IMG/VR virus record: IMGVR_UViG_3300033498_000048
Coordinates: 192,001 to 256,000 of that record
Direction: 5' to 3' (one strand)
Source: a virus
Lineage: Duplodnaviria > Caudoviricetes
Length of the DNA stretch: 64,000 bases
The notes beneath the pieces are model-generated. The model was not told where the DNA came from. It did no database searches and saw only the letters and a program-made list of their open reading frames with translations. This document shows positions 35,936 through 46,363 of the stretch, piece after piece. The number at the start of each line of letters is the position of its first letter. Position 1 is the stretch's first letter. A program made the position numbers and the translations under genes.

Positions 35936-36682
35936 CTATCCCACAAACCAATCTATGGGATATTGATAAGTGTTAATCAATTCATCTTCTAATACTTCAA
36001 GGTCAGATAACGCATCATCATACATTTGTCGTCCATTTAATGTCATACCAGATGGTAATTGGAATCCATCAAACTTAATCATATTTTGACCCCATTGTCG
36101 TTTGAATAATGCTATTACATATTTTTTTAACCACATATCATTCCAAACATTATCATAGTCGTCTGGATCCACAATTACTGTACATTCAATTGCAATATAT
36201 TGACCCAATCCAATTAAACTCCAATCAGCTTCTATAAACAATCTATTCATGTGTCTATTGAATCTAACTGGTTTCTCATAATTAAATAGCCAGTTTATTG
36301 TAGATAGGTATTCCATATTAACCATAAAGCTACCAAGCCCACCTCCATTTGTTGGCGAAGCCATTTGACTAATAACATCACTCATATAAGCTGTATATTG
36401 TAAATTGTTATTACTAAAACCACTACCCCCGTATGGAAATACCCTTAATATAGATAATACGTTATCTGAAATTGGAATATATTTGTTTGCTAAATCATTA
36501 TTGGAAATTTGATGTACAATGTAACTTTTTGCTGAACCATCTGAATGAAATTCCCAATACTTTTGTAAAGCCTCATCAATTCTATCATCAATTTGTTCAT
36601 CAGCAATGTTTATTTGTATAACGGGTGCGCCCAATGAACGCAACGCATAATCTACTAAGTCTTGTTTTGTACTAATTGCCAT
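35936..36682 (-). CDS. gp13: Neck protein (gp13)
   Basis: LRSLGAPVIQINIADEQIDDRIDEALQ; WLKKY..ALFKRQWGQNMIKF; LPSGMTLNG. Confidence 0.95.
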   Translation of the reverse strand: MAISTKQDLVDYALRSLGAPVIQINIADEQIDDRIDEALQKYWEFHSDGSAKSYIVHQISNNDLANKYIPISDNVLSILRVFPYGGSGFSNNNLQYTAYMSDVISQMASPTNGGGLGSFMVNMEYLSTINWLFNYEKPVRFNRHMNRLFIEADWSLIGLGQYIAIECTVIVDPDDYDNVWNDMWLKKYVIALFKRQWGQNMIKFDGFQLPSGMTLNGRQMYDDALSDLEVLEDELINTYQYPIDWFVG

Positions 36683-36684
36683 AA

Positions 36685-37092
36685 TTATCGTACTCCGAAG
36701 TCGTAAACTTGAATTTTACCTTTTTTGTTATAACCAACTTGATTACCATCAATAAATTTTACCCAACTTGGTAATTTATCTGAATCAACATTAATATCGA
36801 CCTTGACCATCAATAATACTGGAAAGTTTTTAATTAATACGATTTTAGCCGAAGCATAATCAGTCCAATCGGGTTTAAATCTAACCGAACTCTCGTATTG
36901 ATTATCATCAATACCATCATAATTGCGAGGAACTTTAAACACAAAGTTTTTAGACTTAAATGTACACCTATTCCTACCACAATCTGGTTCACCATACTTC
37001 TTAGATAACATTGATATTATTTCTTGAACCATAGGATAATCACTGTTGAAATATTCGTCTGTAATATACTCTGCAAAACTTTTTATGGTCAT
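36685..37092 (-). CDS. Minimal kinase-like protein with internal-head-like N-terminus
   Basis: GRNRCTF...VFKVP...NQYE; IDGNQVG...YDFG. N-terminus MTIKSFAEYITDE. Confidence 0.55.
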   Translation of the reverse strand: MTIKSFAEYITDEYFNSDYPMVQEIISMLSKKYGEPDCGRNRCTFKSKNFVFKVPRNYDGIDDNQYESSVRFKPDWTDYASAKIVLIKNFPVLLMVKVDINVDSDKLPSWVKFIDGNQVGYNKKGKIQVYDFGVR

Positions 37093-37193
37093 AAATTATT
37101 TACCTTTACCGTAGTTATAAATGTATTCTTTGTACATTTCAAGTAAATCTGAAATGTAATGGTTCGTTGTATCTGATATATAGCATAATCTAT

Positions 37194-37523
37194 TTAATGG
37201 ATGTTAATATTTGAATTTAATGGATGTACATTATATAAAACTTTGGTTTCAATATTGTTTGGTCCAACCATAATAACGGTATATGTATCGTCATTGCAAT
37301 AATATATGAAATCGCCATTATTATTTGGAATTACAGTTGCTTCCATATTATAATTACTATTAACAAATAATACCCTATCACATATTCCAGATGGAGTCAT
37401 TGCATTTCCACTAATTGAATGTGTCGAATATCCAACAATGTTTGGATTTCTGTTGTTTGTAGTATTCGTAGATAGATATTGGTGTAATGCTAAAACTACT
37501 GGATTTATTGTTAATATGTCCAT
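37194..37523 (-). CDS. Hypothetical virion-module protein
   Basis: 109-aa beta-rich ORF in the late operon. Confidence 0.55.
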   Translation of the reverse strand: MDILTINPVVLALHQYLSTNTTNNRNPNIVGYSTHSISGNAMTPSGICDRVLFVNSNYNMEATVIPNNNGDFIYYCNDDTYTVIMVGPNNIETKVLYNVHPLNSNINIH

Positions 37524-37524
37524 A

Positions 37525-38592
37525 TTAAGCTAACATCCTAGTATTCACTGGAAACCAAATATTGCGAAAATTACAATATGTCGGATTTACTCCAATCGAA
37601 TCTATAGTTGTATTAATAACATTAGGGTTTCCACAAAACTTAATATCAGAAACTTTACCAATTAAATATTTTAATGTTGTTGTTTCTGCTGTTAAGTATG
37701 TATTAAACAACCATTGATTTCCCTCTGAATCCCCACCAGCACTTAGATTATATCCAAAGTAATAACAACCTGAAATACCATCACCACTTGGAAATGCAGC
37801 ATTGGTATTTGCAGATGCTTTTACTATAGTCCAAATGATTGCTGTTGTATTTGTTCCATCTGGCATCCATGTGTTAAAAACTGGATTTACAGTTGAGCTT
37901 ACATTTGTAGAACCATTTAAATAAAAGTTCATATGGTTTGTTGAGTCTAACATTGATACTTGTGCTGCAATCGCGAATGGATAATCCTTTCCTTGATACT
38001 TTCCAACATCTGCTATTGGATATACCATTAATGCAGTGTGCATAATTAATAGTCCATTTAAAGTGATTAACGCATAAAAACTTCCATTATTGGTATTTGC
38101 AAATTGCCATTTGGTATTAGTTATAGCTGTTCGTACAAATATAGTATTGCTAATTAGGGTAATACCATTTGTACTTGTTGGAATCGTTGTAATTGAAGCA
38201 ACTCCAGTAGATGGTTTAACCCTATGGAAATACACGCTCCACTTGCTATAATCGGTTGTTGAACTTCCATGACAGTCTAGTATTAGCCAAACTCTGGACT
38301 GGTCTCCAAGGTAACTTCCGTTCAATCCTGCTACTATACCAACTGGACTTTTTAATAATAACCAAGACCTAGCTAACGAATTTGTATTCCAAGTAATATT
38401 GTTTAAATCTGTACCCCACAAGTCTAAATTTGCTGAATATGTAGTTCCATTTGAACAACCATCAATAGTCCAACCAGCTCCAATTAAAAATGTTTTCAAT
38501 TGGATGAACCACGATTGACATTGTTTTTGTAGAGTTGTTTGGTCTGTTGGTTCGGTATTTAATTGGAATGACCAAGTTTTATCATATGTCAT
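37525..38592 (-). CDS. Probable virion/tail-associated protein
   Basis: 355 aa, Thr/Asn/Gly-rich, in the structural operon. Confidence 0.6.
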   Translation of the reverse strand: MTYDKTWSFQLNTEPTDQTTLQKQCQSWFIQLKTFLIGAGWTIDGCSNGTTYSANLDLWGTDLNNITWNTNSLARSWLLLKSPVGIVAGLNGSYLGDQSRVWLILDCHGSSTTDYSKWSVYFHRVKPSTGVASITTIPTSTNGITLISNTIFVRTAITNTKWQFANTNNGSFYALITLNGLLIMHTALMVYPIADVGKYQGKDYPFAIAAQVSMLDSTNHMNFYLNGSTNVSSTVNPVFNTWMPDGTNTTAIIWTIVKASANTNAAFPSGDGISGCYYFGYNLSAGGDSEGNQWLFNTYLTAETTTLKYLIGKVSDIKFCGNPNVINTTIDSIGVNPTYCNFRNIWFPVNTRMLA

Positions 38593-38595
38593 ATA

Positions 38596-39156
38596 TTACC
38601 ACCCATGAGTAACTTGATTAGCTCGCAATTCATTAATAGCAGCAACTAAGCTAGTTTTGTCTGTAGTTGTTAATGTTGATAATACACCGTCCCTATTTGA
38701 TGATTCATTACTAACATTAGTTATATCTCCTGACAATGTTGCTTGAACTTCATTAATAGCCACAACTAAATTATTTTTATCTAATGTCGTTAGATTTGTT
38801 AATGTTCCAATCTTAGAGTTATAATTTACTATAACAGAATTAATAGCAGCAACTAAGTTATTTTTATCTGTGGATGTTAGGGTTGACAAATCTCCTGATA
38901 TTGTTTCAATATCACTTAGAACTTCATTAATGGCAGCAACTATATTCCCATTTGCTACTGTATTTAAGCTTGGTAACATCCCTATTTTTAACACCAATTC
39001 AATAATTGAATTAACAACACTTGTTTTATCGGATGTTGTTAGTGTTGATATTGTTCCAATATCATTTGTATTGTCATTTGTTTGGACTGAAATCGTATTT
39101 GACTTCACTCTCCACTGTTCAAATGTATCTGATGTGTTAATAATTATTAATGCCAT
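38596..39156 (-). CDS. Fibritin/whisker-like fibre protein with five ~25-aa repeats
   Basis: Repeat consensus IG.LS.LTT.DK..LVAAINE; N-terminal DTFEQWRVKSN; lies upstream of gp13 like T4 wac. Confidence 0.65.
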   Translation of the reverse strand: MALIIINTSDTFEQWRVKSNTISVQTNDNTNDIGTISTLTTSDKTSVVNSIIELVLKIGMLPSLNTVANGNIVAAINEVLSDIETISGDLSTLTSTDKNNLVAAINSVIVNYNSKIGTLTNLTTLDKNNLVVAINEVQATLSGDITNVSNESSNRDGVLSTLTTTDKTSLVAAINELRANQVTHGW

Positions 39157-39359
39157 TATTTAATCTCATTTAGTTTGGAAAACACTAAAGACATTTGTTT
39201 CTCTAGTGTATTTACTTTGTGTGACATTGTTAGTAGTTGGGATTCTAAATCACGCCGTTGTTTTGCTACATTATATTCATGGTCATTTATATTAATTATA
39301 CAACCAGATTGTTCATCCCTAACAAATCTCGAATCATCTTGAACTTTAACCCATGTCAT
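39156..39359 (-). CDS. Small conserved T4-like phage protein
   Basis: KVQD..RFVRD..SGCIININD.EY, followed by a coiled coil. Confidence 0.7.
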   Translation of the reverse strand: MTWVKVQDDSRFVRDEQSGCIININDHEYNVAKQRRDLESQLLTMSHKVNTLEKQMSLVFSKLNEIK

Positions 39360-42300
39360 GTTAATGCAATTACCTTTAAGTTTTTGAATTTTGGAGGATT
39401 TGATGTGTTTTTTGTTTTTCCAACAAGTTTAACTTTAACAGCTTTAAATGTTGCTGTTTTATTGTTCCACATAGTTGGTAGCACCTCACCTACAATAAAT
39501 TCTATATGTTGAAAATCATTGCTTGTAATTGATGTAAAGTTTTTCTTAAATTCAATAGGCATTAATATCCAATCTACATCATCAATGATTCTTGAATCTC
39601 CAATATTAAGGGTTTTTATATAAATGTCAAAATTAGAATACAATGGTTTACAAACTTCAACAATAATCTTCAATTCTATTGCTGAATTTTTCAATGTCAT
39701 TACTTTTGAAATATATTTATATGACGATATACCATTTCTATTATTTGTTTCTGGAATAAATCTATTTAATCCATTCGGAATAACATCATAAATATTAGCA
39801 TCAATATCGTTGTCAATTTTATTAGCTATACCAATTACACTTAATGAATTGATGTTAATTACTGGAGAAACATATTGATTATCACTATTAAATGTACCAA
39901 CAACTCCAATACTTTTACCAGTATTACCAAATACCCTAATTTCATTATAATCATTAGCAAACTTAAATGGTGAATTTAAATTAACCAATTCCCCAATCTT
40001 AAATGGAATATCATATTGTTTAATGTAATTTAAATTACTAAACAAATCGAATGATTGATGTCCAATACCAGATAATACCCATGAGTTAGTACAACCGTTT
40101 ATAATTGGGTTAGAACAACTAACCACAAACTTATCGTATTTCAAATTCAAGTTTAAATACACATTCAATTCAACTATTCCAGAAGTTGTTGCAGGGGTAC
40201 TAAGTTGGATTATAAATGAATTTATAGAATCAATTGAAACAATGGCAATATCGTTATTAAAATCCGTTGATGGAATACCATTAATATCAATAATTGATGT
40301 TGAATTACAAGTTCCAGTGATAGTGCTTATCGCTGAATTAAATGTTGTTGTACCACCAACAAACGAATCTGTAACATATCTATCAGTCAATTGTTGTGTG
40401 AAATTATTTACTGTAAATTGTTGTCCTATTGAAAAGTGTCCAGTAATATCACTCAATTGACAATCAATAGTTGATATGATAATTCCAGGTTTAATGTCAC
40501 TGATAGTACCAACACCTGTTGTTGTTGATATTCTTTGTCCTATAGAAAACTTGTCACTAATATTATTTAATGTGAAATTTAACCATATACCACTGGACAA
40601 ATCAAACTTGTAAATATCACCAATAGCAACTCCATGATTGCTTCTGTGTATTCTAACTAAGTTACTTCCAGATTGAGTTTCTATTGCATTCGACATTGAA
40701 TTATAATCCCGAACAACACGATTATTAAATGTCAATTGCATATTTGATGCTGTAAATATAGCTCGATTAATAGCATATTTCAAATCATAGTTTATTATCT
40801 CAGTCCACATATTGTTTTGTGATTTATATAATCCAGTTGATTCAAATTGTTTGTTAATTAATTTGTTAAATTGAATAACATCATATTGACCCAATTCACC
40901 TACCCATATTTTAGTTGAAGGCTTAACACTACTAATAACCATAGCATAATTATATCCAGCCTTTACATATACAGGATATAGCAATTTGAGTTCAGATTTA
41001 ACACTTGCGTTTGAACTTGTAATAATGTCCCTACCTTTGACATTACAACCACCTAACACATCATCTCCAGGAATACCTGTTCCATCAATAACATTTCTTA
41101 ATTCTAAACATACCATATCGTCTGGATGTATTGATTGGAAATATAGGCTTATTCCTGTAATATAACAATCAACATCAATTGAAAATGTTTGAGCTATAGG
41201 GTCTGGTGTGTTAGTATCATCTAATTGAATCGCGTGTTGTGTCGCACTTGTAAATGTATTTTGGTAAGTATTGACACTAGCCCATGTTCCAGCAGTCCAC
41301 AATATTGTTTCCGCACTGGTTTCTAACACGGCATTGTTTGTAACTTTAAATACTTTTGGACCACTCCTAAAACGTTCTTTAGGTAATTTGAACTCAAGTT
41401 TTACGTTACCTAAGTTATCAACAACTATATCATCTCCATAGTTGGTTTTTGTGTTTAATGGTCGACATAAATCAGATACATTGATACCATCAAAAAAGCA
41501 ATATACTTTTGTGTTTGGTTTTAGTCCAGTCGCGAAAACCTGGAATCGTTGTTTTTCAATGAGTGGACATACTTTTAATTGTGATTTAACATTTTCTTGA
41601 TTTTTATATATGTTATTTCCAATAGTTTGTGTATTAAGGTTGTTATTAACATCAATTAACCTAACAGCATTATCTGATTGTAAATTATTAGTATTGGTAG
41701 CCTCATTTAACCATTCCCACACATTAGATTCAATTCCAGCCAATCCAAGCTTGTTTATCGGAATTGAATCTAACCCGACTTTAGCATCAATAACAACTTT
41801 TGGGTCATTTTCTAAATCTGCCCAATTAGTGATATTTGGAACTATAATAGCCTTTCCAGTAATACTTGGAGTTGATTGTGTATTAATTACAATAGCTTCA
41901 CTTGCAAATGGTTGTGTGATAAATGGTTCATCATAATGATTTAACATGATGATATTTCCATATTGTTTATAGTTTGTACTATCACTTGGAATAAAATCAA
42001 AGTTCGCATTAAACATAGTATATTGTGGGACAACCTCATAATGAGTTCTATCAATTACACATTTAAACTCTGTATCATCTATTGCTGAATATCGAAAGCT
42101 ATTGAAACAATCTACCATAAACCCATTTTTATACAATTCAATTCCATTGATGTTTTTTATTGGAGTATCAACCAACCTACGTTCCAATGTGGTAAAATTT
42201 GTAAAGTTTTCTAATTCAGTTATTCTATTATCGAGTTTTCCAATATCACGCATTGTATATCGTTTATTTTCAATGAATGATGTTACTATATCTGTTTCTA

Positions 42301-44800
42301 TGTTATTCAAATATGCTGCAATTCTATATGAATAGATTGCCATTTCTGATAATACATCTAATTGTGGAGCAATAGGATTCTCGGCACTTATTCCAGGTTT
42401 TGAATAAATTGTTCCATTTTTATTTACTACCATCAAATCAGTTCTTGGTAAATAAAACTCAATGTCTGATATGAAAATTGAATTTAATGCAGGTTGAACT
42501 AAGCTAACAATTGAATTATCTAATACCAATGGTCTAAAATCTAAACAATCCCTTAAGTTATATAATTGGTTGTCAGATGTTTTAAATGATGGAATATCAC
42601 CATAATGATAGTTGTTATCAATGGTATTAACAATAGCAGAATAACTATCAACACTGAAAAAATGTCCAGTATCACTATGTTGGTAATACTCATATTCAAT
42701 TGTAAATCTAGCATCACCTAGAAATGGATAATTAGATGTTAGTGTAATTGGAACATATGCCCAATCTGTTTGTCCATTAGTCCATTTAAAATGTTTCGTT
42801 ACATCTGTTGATAGTGAATCATTTAAAGTTATTTTAACAATTTTATGTAAATCACTTTTAGTTAAATTAAAAGTAGTTCCATTTAATTGTTTATCTGATT
42901 CGGTTATTGCAACAAGAGATTTAGTTTTTTCAAACACATTACTATTTAAAACTGTATGGACTAATTGTACAACCTTTCCAGAGTTAGCCGAATTGCCAGT
43001 ATTTACTGTAATAGAATCTGCTGTTAATGAAATTGTATTAAAACCTAATGGAATATAATCAGTTCCCGATATTATATGAGCATATGTAGACCCTAAATCT
43101 AATGGTTGGAATGTTTCATTGGTTTGATTTACCCATGTGAATGCTCCAGCTGAATTTAATACACCGTGAAACTTTTTACGTTGTGAATAACTCATACTAC
43201 TTTGAGTTGAATTGTTTATATCTCGTAAGGATTTAACGTTTTTCTTTCCTAGATAATATACCAATGAACTTTTATCGGCATCGTAAATATTAGGCTTTCC
43301 AGTATAACTATCAACCGTTGGAACTAATAAGTGTTCACCAGAAACAAATATTCCAGATAAACATTTAACATCTTGATATTGTTTCCCTGGAATTAATTTC
43401 ATATCAACAAAATGAACTCTCCATGTGTGTCCAAATTCGTGTTCAAAGTCAGCCAATATATCAAAACCCTTTAATGTTCCTATCATATTACCAGTGGGTA
43501 AGTTGTTTACTGGAACACCATCATACAATGAAATTTCGATATTAGAAAATATACTCGTAACTTGTTCAGTTGGGTCATTTGGAACAACCTTTGTAACAAT
43601 CGCAGCCCCAGAAACCAATATATAATTTAATCCTCCAGTTCTATTCAAATAACTTTTTAGCTTTTTAGTTTCACGGGGTTTATCTATAATGACTTCAGTT
43701 TCACTGGTGTTTCTAACTTCATATCCTCTAACATACCCAGTTCCACCTCTAACTATTGCAACAAATTTACTTTCATCTCCACCATTATTAATGGTATATA
43801 CACCATTTGGGTCATTATCTGATTTAGCTAAATGCTCTTTAAATGATATTCCAAATTGTTTAGTTGTGTAGTTACCACTTTCATCATATGTTCGTCTAGC
43901 TAATATGTCCATAATATCAGAATACGCTGGAATATCATTAACGTACTTTATTTTACCATTTTTAACAATAGCCAGTGGAATAAATTTATCACCATCAACA
44001 AATTGTAAGCTTCTGATAACTGGTATCAACCTAACTCGTTCTCTATCAGCTCCTGGGGCTTGATAATTCGGATAACCAAGTGCATTATCTAATAGTGATA
44101 TGTCAGTGTCCGATGTCACTATATCTGATATGACATCAAAACCTACTTTATAGCTAGATGTATTTCTGGAATATTTGTCTGCTACTATTATTGATGGTAA
44201 AACATCAATAAACATACCATCAATGAAATAAGTTGAAGTTTGAATGTACCACAAACTACCATATCCAGTTGGAACTATATTAATAAATGATTGTGATTGG
44301 TTAGGACAAGATGGACACCTGATTTTAATTTTATATGAAACTATACCCAAATCATCAATTACATCTATGATTTCTCCATTTAAAAATACTGAAGTGTTAT
44401 TATCAATAGCCGTTTTAGTATATTTCACATAAACAGTATGTGGAGATTCATTTGTAGCATCACATACATAAATTATAGTTGCTTCGATACCAGATGTTGT
44501 ACCACGCAATAATGTTCCGTGTATTTTATTAATACTAACTAACTCAGAATCAAATGGACTTATACTTTCTAATGTAATATAATTCGCAACAACATATTTT
44601 GGAGGTGAACCCTTAACAGGTGAACCGTGTTTAAATATGTGCGATGAAAACCTATTCATTTGATTGTACAAAATGCTTTGTACTTGGTTTAATTCCCTAG
44701 CTTGAACTGGAACTTTTGGCTTAAACAAAACACTCACAAAATTCTTATTTGGATTGAAATCATCAAAATATGGTTGTTTGTTGTGGTTGTAGGTTGTCAT
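39356..44800 (-). CDS. Giant virion structural protein (DUF4815/VrlC-like)
   Basis: PYFDDFNPNKNFVSVLFKP..PVQARELNQVQS; LARRTYDESGNY; DFRP; RYTMRDIGKLDNRI; DPIAQTF. Confidence 0.85.
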   Translation of the reverse strand: MTTYNHNKQPYFDDFNPNKNFVSVLFKPKVPVQARELNQVQSILYNQMNRFSSHIFKHGSPVKGSPPKYVVANYITLESISPFDSELVSINKIHGTLLRGTTSGIEATIIYVCDATNESPHTVYVKYTKTAIDNNTSVFLNGEIIDVIDDLGIVSYKIKIRCPSCPNQSQSFINIVPTGYGSLWYIQTSTYFIDGMFIDVLPSIIVADKYSRNTSSYKVGFDVISDIVTSDTDISLLDNALGYPNYQAPGADRERVRLIPVIRSLQFVDGDKFIPLAIVKNGKIKYVNDIPAYSDIMDILARRTYDESGNYTTKQFGISFKEHLAKSDNDPNGVYTINNGGDESKFVAIVRGGTGYVRGYEVRNTSETEVIIDKPRETKKLKSYLNRTGGLNYILVSGAAIVTKVVPNDPTEQVTSIFSNIEISLYDGVPVNNLPTGNMIGTLKGFDILADFEHEFGHTWRVHFVDMKLIPGKQYQDVKCLSGIFVSGEHLLVPTVDSYTGKPNIYDADKSSLVYYLGKKNVKSLRDINNSTQSSMSYSQRKKFHGVLNSAGAFTWVNQTNETFQPLDLGSTYAHIISGTDYIPLGFNTISLTADSITVNTGNSANSGKVVQLVHTVLNSNVFEKTKSLVAITESDKQLNGTTFNLTKSDLHKIVKITLNDSLSTDVTKHFKWTNGQTDWAYVPITLTSNYPFLGDARFTIEYEYYQHSDTGHFFSVDSYSAIVNTIDNNYHYGDIPSFKTSDNQLYNLRDCLDFRPLVLDNSIVSLVQPALNSIFISDIEFYLPRTDLMVVNKNGTIYSKPGISAENPIAPQLDVLSEMAIYSYRIAAYLNNIETDIVTSFIENKRYTMRDIGKLDNRITELENFTNFTTLERRLVDTPIKNINGIELYKNGFMVDCFNSFRYSAIDDTEFKCVIDRTHYEVVPQYTMFNANFDFIPSDSTNYKQYGNIIMLNHYDEPFITQPFASEAIVINTQSTPSITGKAIIVPNITNWADLENDPKVVIDAKVGLDSIPINKLGLAGIESNVWEWLNEATNTNNLQSDNAVRLIDVNNNLNTQTIGNNIYKNQENVKSQLKVCPLIEKQRFQVFATGLKPNTKVYCFFDGINVSDLCRPLNTKTNYGDDIVVDNLGNVKLEFKLPKERFRSGPKVFKVTNNAVLETSAETILWTAGTWASVNTYQNTFTSATQHAIQLDDTNTPDPIAQTFSIDVDCYITGISLYFQSIHPDDMVCLELRNVIDGTGIPGDDVLGGCNVKGRDIITSSNASVKSELKLLYPVYVKAGYNYAMVISSVKPSTKIWVGELGQYDVIQFNKLINKQFESTGLYKSQNNMWTEIINYDLKYAINRAIFTASNMQLTFNNRVVRDYNSMSNAIETQSGSNLVRIHRSNHGVAIGDIYKFDLSSGIWLNFTLNNISDKFSIGQRISTTTGVGTISDIKPGIIISTIDCQLSDITGHFSIGQQFTVNNFTQQLTDRYVTDSFVGGTTTFNSAISTITGTCNSTSIIDINGIPSTDFNNDIAIVSIDSINSFIIQLSTPATTSGIVELNVYLNLNLKYDKFVVSCSNPIINGCTNSWVLSGIGHQSFDLFSNLNYIKQYDIPFKIGELVNLNSPFKFANDYNEIRVFGNTGKSIGVVGTFNSDNQYVSPVININSLSVIGIANKIDNDIDANIYDVIPNGLNRFIPETNNRNGISSYKYISKVMTLKNSAIELKIIVEVCKPLYSNFDIYIKTLNIGDSRIIDDVDWILMPIEFKKNFTSITSNDFQHIEFIVGEVLPTMWNNKTATFKAVKVKLVGKTKNTSNPPKFKNLKVIALT

Positions 44801-44808
44801 AATAATCC

Positions 44809-46353
44809 TTAAAATAAAATAACTAATTTAATATTCTCTTCCTCATTTATACTACGAGTTATCGCTTGAATATTACTTAAATATAATACATATCCACTAC
44901 CACGTTTAATTTTGTGTAATGGACTAATAACATCACTATAATCTGGATGACTTGGTCCAATATAATAATTTAAATATGCTGGAATACCATTTGAATCTAA
45001 CACATCGGTAATAATAGCAATTTGTCTATAATCACTTCCAACATCTGTTATTAAATGTGTATTGTTTTCCAATTTAACACTAATTAAAATGGCAGTTGCA
45101 TTTAACTCAGTAACCATATTATACCCATGACCGTTATATGGAGACATAATTGCCTTTGCAATACACCCAGATGTTCCAGCAATAATAAACACTTTAGCCC
45201 AAGTGTAATTTGTTCCATTAGAATTAACTGTTATAGCTGTTACAGTATTTGATTCTGATATTACTGGACTTGCTGTTGCTCCAGTTCCATCGCCTACAAT
45301 TAAAACAATCGCATCTGTATAGTTTGACCCAACCATATTTACATCTATGCTAGTAACTGTTCCTGTTGTTATATTTGCAGTTGCAGTTGCTCCAGTTCCC
45401 AATGCAGTAGTGTTTTTTATTATCGCAAATGTATCTGTAGTATATCCATTACCACTTTCTATAGCCAATACTTGTCTAATTTCATTTGTGTTTGTTTTTA
45501 TTACATTAACAACTACATTTGACCCAACTCCATCTATTGCAACTTCGGTATCTGCGAATGTTCCAATTTGTGTCAATATGCTGAATGTACTTATTCCATT
45601 AGTTTGTGCTGACTGTTGTATTGTCCATTGCTCACTACTATCATCTTGAATGAGGTATTTTACTGGAACATACCCTGTAGTTAAAAATGTTGCAGCATCT
45701 TGTGAGCTAATATTACCAAGATACTTCCAGCAATACCCGTCTGCTAACACTACAGGATTTATTCCTGTAGTTGTTGGTTTTGAAATACTAGGCGAATCGG
45801 TGTTATTATCAAGACATTTGTATATCTTTAACTCATCAGTAACAATGTAATACGGAGTTAAATACGGTGATTCAAAAGTGTCAACGTCTGGATTAAACTG
45901 ACTATACACAATACCTGAAGTCCAATCGTGTCTAATTGCCATCATTCTAACATCGTTACTTGTTATCTTTTTTAATGTAATGATATTGTTCATGGTTTTC
46001 AAATCACCTGAATTTGACATATCGGGTAAGGTTGGGGATGATTCATTAAACCAAGGCACTGGATTACCAATTGATAGGAACATATTTCCTTTGAATGTGT
46101 TATCTTTGATAACTTGTTCAATAAACATCCAATTCAAACTACCATCAGACATTGTTCCGCTAATATGTGTTGGAGTTATATTACCACTAATTCCAGCTGA
46201 CAATGCACAATATTTATTTGTTCCACTGATACAAACATTGCCTATTATATAATTTGTGTTTGATGTCCAAACATCTGGAGTTTTAGATTGTATTGTATTA
46301 ATAAAACTATTACAAGAAAAACCTCTAATATTTTGACTGAACTTTGCTGACAT
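44809..46353 (-). CDS. gp8: Baseplate wedge protein (gp8-like)
   Basis: RHDWTSG.VYSQF; YYIVTDELKIYKCLDNN; DGYCWKY; DYRQIAII. Confidence 0.82.
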   Translation of the reverse strand: MSAKFSQNIRGFSCNSFINTIQSKTPDVWTSNTNYIIGNVCISGTNKYCALSAGISGNITPTHISGTMSDGSLNWMFIEQVIKDNTFKGNMFLSIGNPVPWFNESSPTLPDMSNSGDLKTMNNIITLKKITSNDVRMMAIRHDWTSGIVYSQFNPDVDTFESPYLTPYYIVTDELKIYKCLDNNTDSPSISKPTTTGINPVVLADGYCWKYLGNISSQDAATFLTTGYVPVKYLIQDDSSEQWTIQQSAQTNGISTFSILTQIGTFADTEVAIDGVGSNVVVNVIKTNTNEIRQVLAIESGNGYTTDTFAIIKNTTALGTGATATANITTGTVTSIDVNMVGSNYTDAIVLIVGDGTGATASPVISESNTVTAITVNSNGTNYTWAKVFIIAGTSGCIAKAIMSPYNGHGYNMVTELNATAILISVKLENNTHLITDVGSDYRQIAIITDVLDSNGIPAYLNYYIGPSHPDYSDVISPLHKIKRGSGYVLYLSNIQAITRSINEEENIKLVILF

Positions 46354-46363
46354 TTAAACCTCT

